A stretch of DNA of 61,558 nt, filler included, from Hausera hauseri (lineage: Eukaryota): the NCBI GenBank assembly GCA_046269625.1. It is 12 parts of 12 records of this genome, joined end to end, with 100 filler letters (N's around TTAATTAATTAA, not from the genome) between each part and the next. Parts side by side here need not be neighbours in the genome. Positions count along the whole stretch, not along the records: positions 20,062 to 24,584 come from JBJURY010542120.1; positions 24,685 to 29,940 come from JBJURY010297611.1; positions 30,041 to 33,987 come from JBJURY010866742.1; positions 34,088 to 39,951 come from JBJURY010177751.1; 8 more parts are not named here. One strand, given 5' to 3'. Below are positions 22,242 through 35,605 of this stretch, in pieces. The first letter of the stretch is position 1, and every line of letters starts with the position of its first letter. The notes under the pieces are model-generated. The model did not search any database and was not told the origin of the DNA. It saw only the letters and a program-made list of their open reading frames with translations. Made by a program: the position numbers and the translations under genes.

Positions 22242-24584
22242 TATGTACACATTGTTATTCTTTGTTCAATAAATCTTGTATAGAAATATTGTGTTGTCTT
22301 CTTGATCAAATAACGTGGGTTATAGTATAAGGCCAAGTAACACTATGTAACTAGTATGTAGGATAAAGTCAACTAATTTCATAACACATTTATTTCATAA
22401 AAATATTACTTTGGCATAACACTAAACAATTTTATAGTGTGTGTGTTTTTATGTGTAAAATAAAGTAAGTTGGGAAATGAATTGGCTCAAATATATGTCT
22501 CGTGTGTTCATGTTTCTGTGTGTGTAGGTAAAATGCAAGTAACTTGAGAAATGAATGACTAAGATATATGGTGTGCATGTGCATGTATGTGCTTGTAAAA
22601 TGTAAGTAACCTGAGAAAAGGTATAGCTCAGATATGTCTGTATGCTTGTCTATGCATGCAAAATGCAACTAACCTGAGAAAAAATATAGCTCAGATATAT
22701 GTCTGTGTGTTTGCCTGTGTGGGTGTATGTAAAATGTAACTAACTTGGGAAAATGTATAGCTCAGATATGTCTGTGTGGATGTGTGTAAAATACAAGTAC
22801 CATTTAGCTAATATGAATAATATGCAGGTAATACAGGGGTGTGTGTGTATGTGATCTAGGAGTTATATAGAAAGAATGTATTGGGTAAAAAATACAGGCA
22901 GAATATATGGGTAATCTGCAGATACTATATATGTAATATGCTAATAATATAGCCAATTAAGATGAATTATAGGTAACATATGTCCTATCAAGGTAATGAA
23001 TATGAAACTAATCACTACATAAATCAATCCATTAATGAATACGGTCATCAATACAACGCATTAATACACTCATGAATAAATCAAAACTTGTACTGCTCTG
23101 TCCAAATAAATTATCGCTGGCAACACCAATGCGATATATCACTTTCCCATTGTCATCTTGAACAACGACAAAATTACATTCTTTCCTACAAATTGGACAA
23201 GTATTGTTGTATTGCATCCCAGTTTTAAGACATACAGTGCAGAATATGTGATCTTTACATGTTGCTAATCTTGCATTGAAATGATTCCTCTCCTCTAGAC
23301 AAATTGCACACGTACTGTTCATTTTTGAAAATAATGACAGAGCAATACAAGTTTTGATTTATTTTTAAGTGTATTGATGAATTGTATTGATGAGTGTATA
23401 CATTAATTTATTGGTTTATTGATTAGTTTCACAAGCACTGCTTTGATAGGACATATATTACCTATATATTATCTTCATTAGCTATATTACCAGCATATTA
23501 CATATATAGTACCCGCAGATTACCCATATTACCAGTATATTTCCTAAGGTATGGATTAGTGCATTGAAGAAAATACCATATATTACTGTATCCCGTATAT
23601 ATTACCCATATAATAATCTATAAAATAATTATTTTAAAACCAATTGATGCCAATATTATACATATCGCCTATATATTATACATATCACTTATATATTACC
23701 TATGTGCTATCTGTATTTCATACTCATATTATCTACATTTTACCTATATAATTCTTATATCAGATACATACTCCTCATGTATTACTTGCATATTACTCAT
23801 TAGCTAAAATATTACCCATATTACTTGTATTTTTACACATACACACAAAGACAGACAAGCACAGACAAAAACACGCACACACGACATATATTATAGCCAA
23901 TTCATTTCCCAAGTTATTTGAATTTTATCCACACAAACACACGCACACAATCACACGCAAGACATATTTAGCCAATTCATTTCCTAAGTTACTTCATTTT
24001 ATCCACATAAACACATAAACACACTCACAAGACATTATAGCCAATTCATTTCTCATGTTACTTCATTTTCCCACAAACAAACACATGCACACAAACACAC
24101 GACATATATTTTAGCGCATTCATTTCCCAAGTTACTTGCATTTATCCACTCACACACCCACCCACAAACTACCTAGATTTTAGCTATATATTTCTCATGT
24201 TACCCATATATTCCTTCCATATTCTTCATATATTACCAATATATTTTCCTACAATCCCATATATTCCCTACTTATTCCCTATTATCTTCATATATTCCCT
24301 CCTTATTCACTATAATCCTGCTATATTCCTTTATATATACACTTCCAATATTGTATTTTACTCACGCACATACAAACATACATGCACACTATAAAAGTGT
24401 TTAGCGTTATGCCAAAGTTATATTGTTATGAAATAAATGTGCTATGAAAAGAGTTGGCCTTATTCTACACAGTAGTTACTTACTTTTACTTGCCCTTATC
24501 CTATATCCCATATTACTTGATCAAGAATATAACACAATATTTCTATACAAGATTTATTAAACAAAGAATAACAATATGTACATA
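22242..24584. repeat. Large diverged inverted repeat (arms ~22242-23037 and ~23401-24584) containing a ~55-60 bp minisatellite
   Basis: 22242-22445 matches the reverse complement of 24380-24584; 22905-23037 matches that of 23401-23530. Minisatellite units (..GTAAAATGTAACTAACTTGGGAAAATGTATAGCTCAGATATG..) at ~22440-22800, inverted at ~23820-24190. Confidence 0.88.
23032..23322 (-). CDS. Small RING finger protein in the loop of the inverted repeat
   Basis: CAIC..CKDHIFCTVC..CPICR. Intact 96 aa with ATG. Confidence 0.75.
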   Translation of the reverse strand: MNSTCAICLEERNHFNARLATCKDHIFCTVCLKTGMQYNNTCPICRKECNFVVVQDDNGKVIYRIGVASDNLFGQSSTSFDLFMSVLMRCIDDRIH

Positions 24585-24684
24585 NNNNNNNNNNNNNNNN
24601 NNNNNNNNNNNNNNNNNNNNNNNNNNNNTTAATTAATTAANNNNNNNNNNNNNNNNNNNNNNNNNNNNNNNNNNNNNNNNNNNN

Positions 24685-27560
24685 ATTAAATGGAAATGGA
24701 CGGAAGTTGAGCAAAAAGCCTTGGACGAAATGTAGGAGACATTAACAAGTGAACTTGTTTCACAATACCCAGACTTCAACTTACTTTTTATAATCAAAAC
24801 AGACGCCAGTAAAGAAGGCATTGGATACGAATTAGCCCAGAAAATAGAAGGTGAAGAACTAGAACACCCAATTGCTTATAGAGGACGTTCCTTGAAAAAT
24901 GCAGAGAAGAACTATTCTGTTACAGAAATAGAAACTCTAGCCGTAAAAGAGGCACTTCGACACTTCAACGTTTATGCATATGGACAGAAAATTATAATTG
25001 TCACTGATTATAAGGCCGTTACGACCTTAAAGGGCAGAGCAAATAACCCGACCTGTAGACTTAACAGATGGATCGAAGAAATGTCGAGATACAATATTGA
25101 ATTTCAATATAAGCCAGGGAATAAACATGTAGACGCGGATGCACTATCTAGATTAGAGACGAAAACAAGCGCAATCACTATAATGAAAAAGAGTCGATTT
25201 GAGGAAATAATAGACCGCCAACGCGCTTTAAAGATGGATAAGGCCATTAAAATTTCAACAGAACAGAAAAACGATAAGGTCATCCAGCAGATTACAAAAT
25301 TTGCTAAGAAGGATGTCATACCGAGAGGACGACAGTTGAAGAAACTTTTTCACAGACATGGACATAAATATTGCGTCTTAGACGACAAGAGCAATGAGGA
25401 TATTTTATATTACGAACGGAAAGGAAAAAAATTGATAGTTTTTCCAAAAATTTACGAACCGAAGTACTGATGTCAGAAGACAATTCATATTTAGCCGGAC
25501 ACATGTCCTGGATAGAAAACATTAGAAAGAATAATGAACAAATATTTTTGGCCTAGCATCTATATTGATGTGAAAAATTGGGTAAATGCTTGTGAAGTAT
25601 GTGAAACTAAGCAAAAGAAAACGAAAAATTACATGGCCGAATTAAAACCAATTGATGTACCCGATAGGCCCATGCAAGCCATGTCGATGGATATCGTAGG
25701 ACCTCTCTCTACGACTCAAAAACAATAAGTATATCTTAACGTGTATTGATCGATTAACTGATTTTGTCGAGTTGATAGCATTAATCGATCAGAAGGCCGA
25801 AACCTTAGCAGGAGCCGTAGTAAGAATTATTTGCCGATACGGGCATCCAGACCAGATACTCACAGATCGAGGAAGAAATTTTACCAGTGAACCTTTTGAG
25901 ATTTCCAAAATATTTGAAATCGAACGGTTAACGACTACTGCATATTATCCTCAGTGCAATGGAATGGTCGAGCTAATGAACGCTACCGTCATACGTATAT
26001 TATCTACGGTAGTAGCCAAGGATCAGAAAGATTAGGATGAATTTTTAGAAGGAACTCAATTTGCAAGTAATACTACACCACACCTGGCAACAGGGTTTAC
26101 ACCATTTTTTATTATATATGGACGCGAAGCCGTGTTACCCACGAACTTAGGAATGACGCCATACACGGTCAATCCCGAAGATTTAGAACAAAATTTCGCA
26201 GAAGTGTTACAGACACGATTACGAAAATGCTGGGAGATCGCTAAGGAGTTATCTCAAGAATATCAAGAGCAGTTTAAAAGACAATATGATAGGAAAGCAA
26301 AACTGCATAATTTAGAACAGGGAAATTGGGTTTATGTACACTACCCAGTAGCCAGAAAAAGCACTTCATTAAAATTGACTCGTACAGCAGAGGACCGTAC
26401 GAAATTACCAGGGTTACACCGACTACAGTATATATTAACAAGAATGGAAGGGAAGAAGTCGTATCAGTGCTGAGAGTTGTCAAGACGGAGATACGACCCA
26501 ATAAACGTTACAACTTACGCCAACGTTGGATAAAAGCTTCTTCAATAATTGCGAGACCAATTTCATACGTTCAGATAGTTTTAGCATTATCGCTAATCGC
26601 TTCGTATATTCCGAGAACGCAAACGAAAAGTTGGCACGACGAATCTATACTAAGAAATATATACGGAATTCGGGAAGGTGGATCAAGATTAGAGGCGATT
26701 AAAGCGGGAAAGGAACCAACAGTCAAAGAAATTCAAAGAAAGATATAAAATTATTACAATCAATGTCAATTCACTATTACTCACCCAACTCCACATGCGT
26801 TAGATTTAAGTCGCGGAAACCACATCACGATTTTGGAAGATTTCAAATCGTCTTAGATGATGTAAAAACGAAAAAAGTAAGGAATTGTGATTTTGACTTC
26901 GGAGATCATACACAATGTTGTGACATAGATTTCGGACGCATATATAACTTTACCTATCGTCTGTACCTACCGAACTTAGCCAAGATCTATGAAACAAAGC
27001 CACCATTTAAGTTAGTTATTCCTGCACGGAATGAACATCACGGAATAAAACCGAAAATGTTACGATCTACCGACCCAGACATAAAACTATTAGACGAAAA
27101 TATCCAGAGAATTTCGGTTAATAAAGCAAGACAATGTATCTAGGTGGACGCCTGGTCAGAGCTAACAGTTAATCGAGAAATTAGTATCGTATTTGAAGCA
27201 ACCATGGGACCGACCCCGGAAATAGAATATTGTTCTATTCGCACAGGTGTACAACACCCTTGTTGCAATTTGCTTGTGAATCGAGTTCAAAATAAAATTT
27301 GACTTATACGAAGTTCGACCAAATAAACGAAGCATATAATTGCGAACTTACTATCCGGAAAATAGAATCTGGAAAATTTCAGCAGAAAGCACGACCAAAA
27401 AGTAAACCACTAAAGTTAATCCCAGTATACGAACTGTTACGACAAGTAATATACCTAAAACACAATTGGAAAGCATACCTATCAAATTTTCGGCGCACCA
27501 ATATAAGATCGTGTTCTTTGTGGAGAAGAAACAAAATTACGATATACATATAAGTTGCCG
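24685..27560 (+). mobile_element. Decayed Gypsy copy: RNase H, integrase, signal peptide and FN3-like ectodomain (truncated)
   Basis: KTDASKEGIG, NYSVTEIETLAV, DADALSR, MDIVGPL, LTDRGRNF, YYPQCNGMVE, then ISYVQIVLALSLIAS and CVRF..CDFDFGDHTQCCDIDFG. Same family as 44736-50185 and 56350-61558. Confidence 0.9.
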
Positions 27561-27577
27561 GACAACATATAATAATC

Positions 27578-28312
27578 TGTTATATATTGGGGTGGCCCTT
27601 AACGATCTCCCACTATATAACAGTAGTTTACTCTTTAATTTAGATAGCTTATGCAGATTCGATTTAACGTTCTCGTTAAATGAATGTGCCAATATGTGAT
27701 GATTTTAATATAATGCGTGTACTGCTTGCCGTATCCTGTGCACGGGTTAATTAATATTCTCGTACCTATGTAAGTTTAAGTAAGATTTTAGCCTTAATGT
27801 TGTCAAACCAGCCTTAAGGGCCGGTGAAAAACTATATGGGAATTTTAAAAGAAGAAATTAACACTCACAATATAATAGACCAATATAAGCAGCAACACGA
27901 ACGAATAATCGTCAATACAATTATGGATACTGAATTTGCCAACAGACTTCGGTGCTCAATAAGACCTTCGATTTCGTCACACTCTTTAATTTCACAATAA
28001 AGAATTTTCTCTAATTTGCTTCCACAACCGACTCCTAAGTCGATAAAAATATGTTCACTCTACTGTCAGAAACACTGACTTATATAGTATCGGTTCAATG
28101 TGGGCGTCGTATAGCTTACATTTTTCTAATGATTAAAATCTACCACCACACATTTATTTCAGATTAATTTCCACCATATGGCATTTATTTTCTAATATAT
28201 CTCTACGTGAATATACAGAAACCTAAAACTATTTATTTACAATTAACAGCTGCTTCTTTCTCATTTGGGGCTCGGCTACAGTCAATAACGATCGACAGTT
28301 GTTTCTACAACA
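27578..28312 (-). mobile_element. LTR-like segment truncating the Gypsy copy
   Basis: Homology to sister copies stops at ~27575. Segment is bounded by TGTT..AACA with a minus-strand TATATAA at ~28080. No matching TSD. Confidence 0.35.
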
Positions 28313-28903
28313 CTTAAAACAAATAGTAAGAGACATGAAAAATATAATGCTAATTAATGCTACGTATGAAAAAACGTTTTGCCATCGAAGTCTAGATAAC
28401 GCAATTGGAGCTTTTAAATGTCACTCAGTTTTGCATTTTTCAAGACCCTCCCTGTTTCGTATAAGAACCTTGAATTATGATAACATTTTAATATTCAAAT
28501 AATAGTGTTTCCTCGATACTCTGCCAAAATAAAAAATATCCGTCTAAAATGTAATGTGTAGTCTGTGATTACTCAAATGCATTGTTAAAATTTATAAATG
28601 AAAAAATACGCGATTGTTAATTAAATTAATACACGAACGTTCAAGAAATAATTATTACTTGAGGGTTAAAATAACATTAGATTAAGAGATGGAATGGGTA
28701 TTTTATTATGGACCAAAATCCCTAAAAGTAGTATTATCCATCGTATAGATTATAAGACTTTTAAATAAAAATATTGTACTTGCTCAAAAAATTACTTTGT
28801 TTTTTTTAATTGGCAATTTATCAAAACACTAAAATTTCATTGCATTTTACACGAATTTCAAGCGAATTTGGTACAAAGATAAAAATGTGGAATTTAAAGC
28901 AAC

Positions 28904-29940
28904 GATAGTAGGAAGATTGTAGCGCATCAGGCTACCCCCCTCCAGGGAAGGAAAGAAACGAAGTGGTTCAGAGATGGGTCATGGAGTGGAAAAACTGATA
29001 CACAGATACACGTTTAATATGGGAGAGAGAGGAGACAGTCACAAAATGGATACGCACAAGTAGACGTACTGTATGAATTCGTGCGGTATAAAAAATTTAA
29101 ATTTGGCTTGAAAAAATTTGTTTAAATTTTGGTTGTGAACAAAGCATTTTCTGGCCTGATCGTGGTTTCACTATTCCCACCCCACTTGGTGTAATTTGAT
29201 TGGTCGGTTTGTGCCAAAAGTTTTTGTTTTAATTTTTGGTGGTTGGGTATAAATATTGACATGCAAATCGCATGCTGTTGTTTCAAGGAATAGTACGACA
29301 AATGCTATGATTTTAAACCTGTTATCCGAAATAATTTGTATAGTTAGAATTACAAAATAGATTTACAAAAACGGTATAAAAGTTCACAAAACCAAAACGT
29401 AATTACAATGATTAAAAAAACCTTATTAATAAAACAAACACGGTAAACAATGAAATATTTATTGACATGAAATATATACAATAATCATATACAATAATGT
29501 CCATAAGCAACTGATCGGTTTTTCTCAATCCACTGGCGTTTGTCGTCAAATGGATCCAATGCTTTCTTTTTTGAGCAGATTGACATAAGTTGATGGTTTT
29601 TACTGCCGATTCGTTCCTGGTCCACCATGGTCCCGCAACCGCATTCATAAGCCTGTAGATAGCTGTCGAATTGTAAATCTGTTTGTTTTAGATTTATGCC
29701 CTTGCATTTAAGAACTGGTTTGCATTGAGTTTTGAGGGCATAGGATTTTGGTCGTAGAAAAATCCCTTCTTGATACTGAACACAGCCCTTGCTTTCGTCT
29801 TTAAATTTCCCAATTACTGATGCGAAGCGAGTAGAGTACAGCGGATCACTCTTGTCATAGTTCGAAGTGTCCAACTGTTCATTGGCTATCATTGCTGGCA
29901 GGAGCTGTGTTCGCAAATCAACACCACGGCATTCGATGAA
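28904..29940 (-). mobile_element. Polinton-like end: pPolB C-terminus (29485-29940) plus terminal region
   Basis: DTSNY, IGKFKDE, FLRPKSY, KCKGI, FDDKR, closely related to 30987-32603. Subterminal GGTTTCACTATTCCCACCCC at ~29164. (T)AGTAGG..C-run at ~28906-28940. Confidence 0.8.
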
Positions 29941-30678
29941 NNNNNNNNNNNNNNNNNNNNNNNNNNNNNNNNNNNNNNNNNNNNTTAATTAATTAANNNN
30001 NNNNNNNNNNNNNNNNNNNNNNNNNNNNNNNNNNNNNNNNTCATTACCTAGTACCACGGTGTGCAGGTTTAACTGTACGATGTAATAACGATATTCAAAC
30101 CGTAAGTTCTGAAACAATTGTATTTTATGCACGTGAAACATGTACAACAAACGAATAACATCACATCTGTTCCTTTAAACAAACAACACACATTTTCAAA
30201 ACATACAAGCAACAACCATTAGCTTTCGTCAACTGAAAATACACCGAATGCGTTTCAAAGACTACAAGTTAACAGCGCCGAAATGCCACACAAACAGCAA
30301 CCGGAGAACCGATATTTCACGAAGATAATTCAAAGGTTGGAAGTTATCTAATAATAAACTTATACTCCAGTTTTACCACGCCCATCAAACGACATGATGT
30401 CGACATTTCTTGTGTCATTTTTTACTTCCGTAATCCAGAATACACAAACATTCTGGTTTGCTGTGTATATTGACCTAAGAGAAGCTGTGATTCTACTAAA
30501 GTTTATCGACTATAACCTTCTGATGAAAGTATAAAAATGACATCTTGGAGGCACGAAATTATTGACTGAGTTTCACGCTCACTGGATGGAATTTAAATGT
30601 GATTTATAGCAGAATAATGCAAGAAGAAACAAAAGAATTATCATGTTACTAATGGATTCTGACCAGTCTTATTAACTC

Positions 30679-32603
30679 ATGTCAGGCAAAATTATCATTG
30701 CCGTTCATCATAAACAGTTAACTAGCATCCCACTATGCTGTGACTGTTGGAGTCTAGTTGGCGAACAGCATTTGCATGGGAGTTTCCAACATGTCTTGAA
30801 ACATGCAGGAAGTAAATTCAGAAGTTGGGACTTGAGTGTCATTCCGCAAACGACAGAGAAATTTTTAACCATGCGGACAAATATACAATGTTCTGGTAAA
30901 AAGTCTGTGTATATTAGATTTCTCGACTCGACATTATTAAGGGAAAAGGGATTTTTCCATATACTGCAGCCAAATCTTTCACCGACTTGCAATCAATTAA
31001 GGACTTACCAGTAAAATGGGATGGTGTTAGTGACAGTTATTATGAGGAAGCACAATTGGTTTGGTCAAAATACAGTTGCAACTGCCTGTTAGATTATATG
31101 TTGGTGTATATGAAGCTCGACGTCTACTTGTTAGGTGATGTCTTTGAGCGGTTTAGAAAGGAGGTTAAGTTGCAAGATGGATTAGAAGCCGCTAACTTTG
31201 TCTCAATTCCAGGTTTAAGTTGGGCAACAGCATTAAAAACCAGTCCTTGTAAGATTGAGCTTATCCAAGATCCTGAGATTTATCAGTTCTTTCAGTCAGG
31301 TATTCGCGGTGGCATTACTTTTGTAAATAAGCAGAGGATTGTCTCTGATGAAAGCACCATTCTTTTGTATATAGATGTAAATAATTTATATGGCTGGGCT
31401 TTATCACAACCTCTGCCATTTGCGAATCTGACTTGGATATACGATGAGGACGTCTTGACCAGTCTGATCCAACAATTACCTTACATTGACTGTGTTAAAG
31501 AAAAACGAGGCTTAGTCTTTGAAGTTGACTTGAGTATTCCAGCAGACAAACATGATAAGTTGGACCAGTTGCCACTAGCCCCAATCAACCATTGTCCACC
31601 CGGTTCAAAAGTTAAGAAATTGTTACTGACACATAAGCGTAAATCTAACTATGTTGTTCACTATCGGCTCTTACAATTGTACATAGAATTAGGCGCTGTA
31701 GTTGAAAAGGTTCATCGGGATGTTGAGTTTGACCAAGGTTATGTCTTTAAAGATTACATCGATCTAAACACTGCTAAGAGGGCTGCAGCAAAACATCCTT
31801 TTGAGAAAGACTTCTTTAAGCTTAAGAACAATAGCTTATATGGTAAGACAGTCGAAAACTTCTTAAAAAGATCCAACAGGAGACTATGTAACAATGCTAA
31901 AAAGCTTGTGACATATGCTAGTAAGGCCCAATTTAAAGAGATTATTATAATAGGCGATGATCTTGTTGCTGTTCTCCTTGATAAAGATATGGTCACATTA
32001 GATAGACCCTCTTACATTGGACAGGCTGTACTTGATCTTTCCAAGTTGAGAATGTATGAATTGAATTATATAGAATTAGAGTCATATAGACATAAGTTCA
32101 ATTGTGAACTTAATATTTTTGCTGGTGACACTGACAGTTTCTTTCTTGAATGTCGTGGAGTTGATCTGAGGTCTCAACTTTTACAGGCAATGACAGCAAA
32201 CGAGCAGTTGGACACTTCTAACTATGATGCTACAGACCCTCTTTATTCTACCCGTTTCGCATCTGTAATTGGAAAATTTAAGGATGAAAGTAAGGGTAGT
32301 GCAGAATACGAAGAAGCCATTTTCCTAAGACCGAAATCGTATGCCCTCAAAACCCAAACGAAACCAGTGCTGAAATGTAAGGGCATCAATCTAAAACAAA
32401 CCGACTTGCATTTTGACAACTACTTGCAAGCATATGAAAATGGATGTGGGACAATTGTCGATCAAGAACGGATTGGGACAAAGAACCATCAACTGATGAC
32501 GATCAGTACCAAAAAGAAAGCACTAGATCCATTTGACGACAAACGACACTGGATATCAAAAAACAAAAGTGTCGCATATGGACATTATTGTGTAAATATT
32601 TGA
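30679..32603 (+). CDS. Protein-primed DNA polymerase B (Polinton/Maverick type); polymerase core intact, 5' part frameshifted or deleted
   Basis: YIDVNNLYGWALSQPLP, KLKNNSLYGKT, GDTDSF, KFKDE, DDKR. Exonuclease remnants IRFLDS and KGFF in an upstream frame. Confidence 0.92.
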
Positions 32604-32756
32604 TTGCTTGTATATGTTATATTAATAAATATTTGTACATACTTCTTTGTCTTATGTTTTGTCTTATGTTTTATCATAGTGTACATTTAAATGTTCACAA
32701 TATTTTTCACAAGTGACTTACACAGGCATATTTATATATGCAAAATTTAAACAAAT

Positions 32757-33002
32757 TGGTGGTGGGAATAGTGAAACCACGACTGCGCCAATTAATTTTT
32801 GGGGGTGGGAATAGTGATACCATGACCAGACCAATCGATAGCAAAAAATATTGGGGGTGGGAATAGTGAAACCACGACTGCGCCAATCGATAGCATAAAA
32901 ATGTTTATTTCCAAAATTTCCCCACATAAATACATTGATTATTGAATATTGATTTCCAATCCAGGGGGGGGGGTTGACGCCATGTCCCCACATCCTACTA
33001 CT
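32757..33002 (-). mobile_element. Polinton-like terminus
   Basis: Three copies of GGTGGGAATAGTGA(AACCACGAC). Minus strand begins AGTAGTAGGATG at 33002, followed by a C-run. Confidence 0.7.
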
Positions 33003-33676
33003 CGTGAAATAGTGATTTTGCCAATATATCTAATAGGCTGATGCCAAGTGGTGTCGGTTCACTTATCAGAAGTTAATATATCTGTCCAATGACGCGTAGA
33101 GAATTGACAGTGACCAATTTTGTACTAGTCAATTTATTTATTTAACTGCAGTGTAATATATTGTAAATGAATTGTTTAATTGATGTACAATTAATGTGAA
33201 CGTTTCGTTGTTGAGTACCTGCTTTCACATGAGTCAATATCGAAGCTGTTAAAATAGAGTTTGAATACTTCCAATCAAATCGCCACGTATTACAAAGATT
33301 TTGTTACAAATATTTATTGCTACTTGAACATTAGAAGAGCTGATGCTTATGAACCTTAGAACCGTGACTGCTACACCCCTATAGATTTTCAATATGTTTC
33401 AGTAAAGTAAAGAAGGTTAATAAACGTTATAAATTCATCTTTCTTTAGACATACGTTTTGTATTAAAGCGAAGGCGTAACACGTTATTAAGTATAATGTT
33501 AAGTATGAATTAATTCGTTTTTCGTATTATTTACTGACTTACCTGTGTTGTGAAAAACAGTGAACTGTTAATAAACATAAGTTCCAGTGAATTAAGTTAG
33601 TATAACTCCAATTACCAAAATGCCGAATATTGATAGATTATTATTATCCCAAATTATTTTCGAAAGTATTAATGCA

Positions 33677-33987
33677 AGTAGTTGGAAGGGAGGACTTCGC
33701 ACCAAACCCCCCCTCCCGAGAAGGAAGGAGGCCAATAGGAGGAGAACACGTCATCGAGGGGAAGGAAAACTGGCGAATGGGAAGAGAACACGTCATCGGG
33801 GGGGAGTAAGCCAATAAGAGTAGAGGACCAATCAGAGAGCAGTGGTGCCAATTGGGTTTCACTATTCCCACCCCGGAACAAAGCAGTTTTCCCACCATGG
33901 AATAAAGCGGTTTTCCCTGGAACAAAGCGGTATTCCCTTTAATGAGAAAAGGCATAAGAAATAAAAATATATTTACATAACATTTAC
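33677..33987 (+). mobile_element. Another Polinton-like terminus in opposite orientation
   Basis: AGTAGTTGGAAG..CCCCCCCTCCCGAGAAGGAAG (compare CCCCCCTCCAGGGAAGGAAAG at ~28935) and GGTTTCACTATTCCCACCCC at ~33855. Confidence 0.65.
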
Positions 33988-34811
33988 NNNNNNNNNNNNN
34001 NNNNNNNNNNNNNNNNNNNNNNNNNNNNNNNTTAATTAATTAANNNNNNNNNNNNNNNNNNNNNNNNNNNNNNNNNNNNNNNNNNNNCTTATTTAAATGA
34101 ATAGTTGTTTTTCCATTCACAACTTCTCTCATTGTTTGCTACTTGTGTCCGTGAAAGAAACAAATTGAGCATGTGAGACTTCTCCCAGATGAGGTTAAAT
34201 AGCTAGTAGCAGTAGCTGGAAGAGTTGACAGCATTAGAACAAAACCAAGTGGGAAAACTGCCTGAAAATGTAAACACCTACTTCTTAAAGAGCTAGGAGG
34301 TCTGCGGTGGTGGAGATAAACAATTTAATTTGAATCTCCAATCATTTTATTCGAGATAATGAATCAGATAGGGAAACAGCAGCAAACTTACCACTCAGAA
34401 TTCTTTACAAATACCCAACACCAGTACCACAGATGACAAGACATAGTGCTCTATTTCTCAGTTTCCTACCAGAATAATTTAGTTCATGGATCATTATCAT
34501 TACATGGTGGTTCAATTCTATAAGTATTCTAATTTTCTCTCTAGCAATCAAAAGAATATCAGTGCAGTGCATGAACTCATAGCACTGTAAATTTTGGTGG
34601 GAGTTATATTGCATACATATGTATTCCCACGAAAAGCCTCATGTTGACAACACAGTTTTGTCAATGTTTCAAATCCCCATCACAGTTTAGAGGCCAAACA
34701 TAAAGCCTATCTCTGCCAACACATGTCCAAGACAGATGCCACTTAAAAATATTATTGTTTTATTAATAAACACACAATTTAATGCTTGGCGGAACTATTT
34801 TCTTCATCACC

Positions 34812-35290
34812 TTTACAGACAGGAAGGCAGTCTATGGACTAAATCTCCAAGGATCGAAAACTTTTCCTAAATTCATTAGATTTGCAGATAGACACTATAT
34901 AAACAACATTTCAACGTGGAAAACATAGGCATCTCAGTCTTACACAAACGGAGACAACATACATATAAATCAAGGGCCGAAAACATTTCTTAAAATCATT
35001 AGTTTTACGGACAAGGAAACGGTCTACACACACACAAATCTGTAAGGGTCGAACAATTATTAGCCTTACAAACATAGTGGAATCTATTGATGAATCTTCA
35101 AGGGTCGAAGAAGTTTCTTGAAAAACATCAGCCTTACGGACACAATCTATAGACCAATTTTCGAGGATCGAAAGATTGTACATTTTACAGACGGGGTGGC
35201 AGTCTATAGACAAATCTACAAGGGTTATTAAAAACAACAAGTCTGACAGACAAGGAGACAGATATTCTAAAGACAAATCTACAGAATTGT
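34812..35290. repeat. Diverged ~55-65 bp tandem repeat (~7-8 units)
   Basis: Recurring TTACRGAC..GTCTATAGACAAATCT..AAGGRTCGAA. Confidence 0.6.
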
Positions 35291-35605
35291 AAAAATCATC
35301 AACCATAAACTTTTCCTGTCGCTTCGGGTCTTATCTAGGAGCATGGACCAATATCCCCCATTCACTTGGTCTTCTAGACGCGATCCACCAATAAGCTGTC
35401 GACCATTTCGACACTCTCCCCGTTGACCGGTAGGCTTTCTTACCATTGTCCGTTTGTCAGGGCGTGTACGTGGCCAGGCTTATTTGCTGATTATGTCATT
35501 ATCCCTGGTGGAAGATAAGAGCGTCGACTAATAATAGTGCCACAAATCAGCTGGGTGCCATCTAGCATGCATAGTTGCCAGTGTCTGCAGGGTGAGATTA
35601 CTGGA

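Noticed and set aside
22440-24190. CRISPR-like array
   Set aside because: Whole units are diverged tandem copies with no unique spacers and no cas genes; this is a minisatellite. The same applies to 34812-35290.
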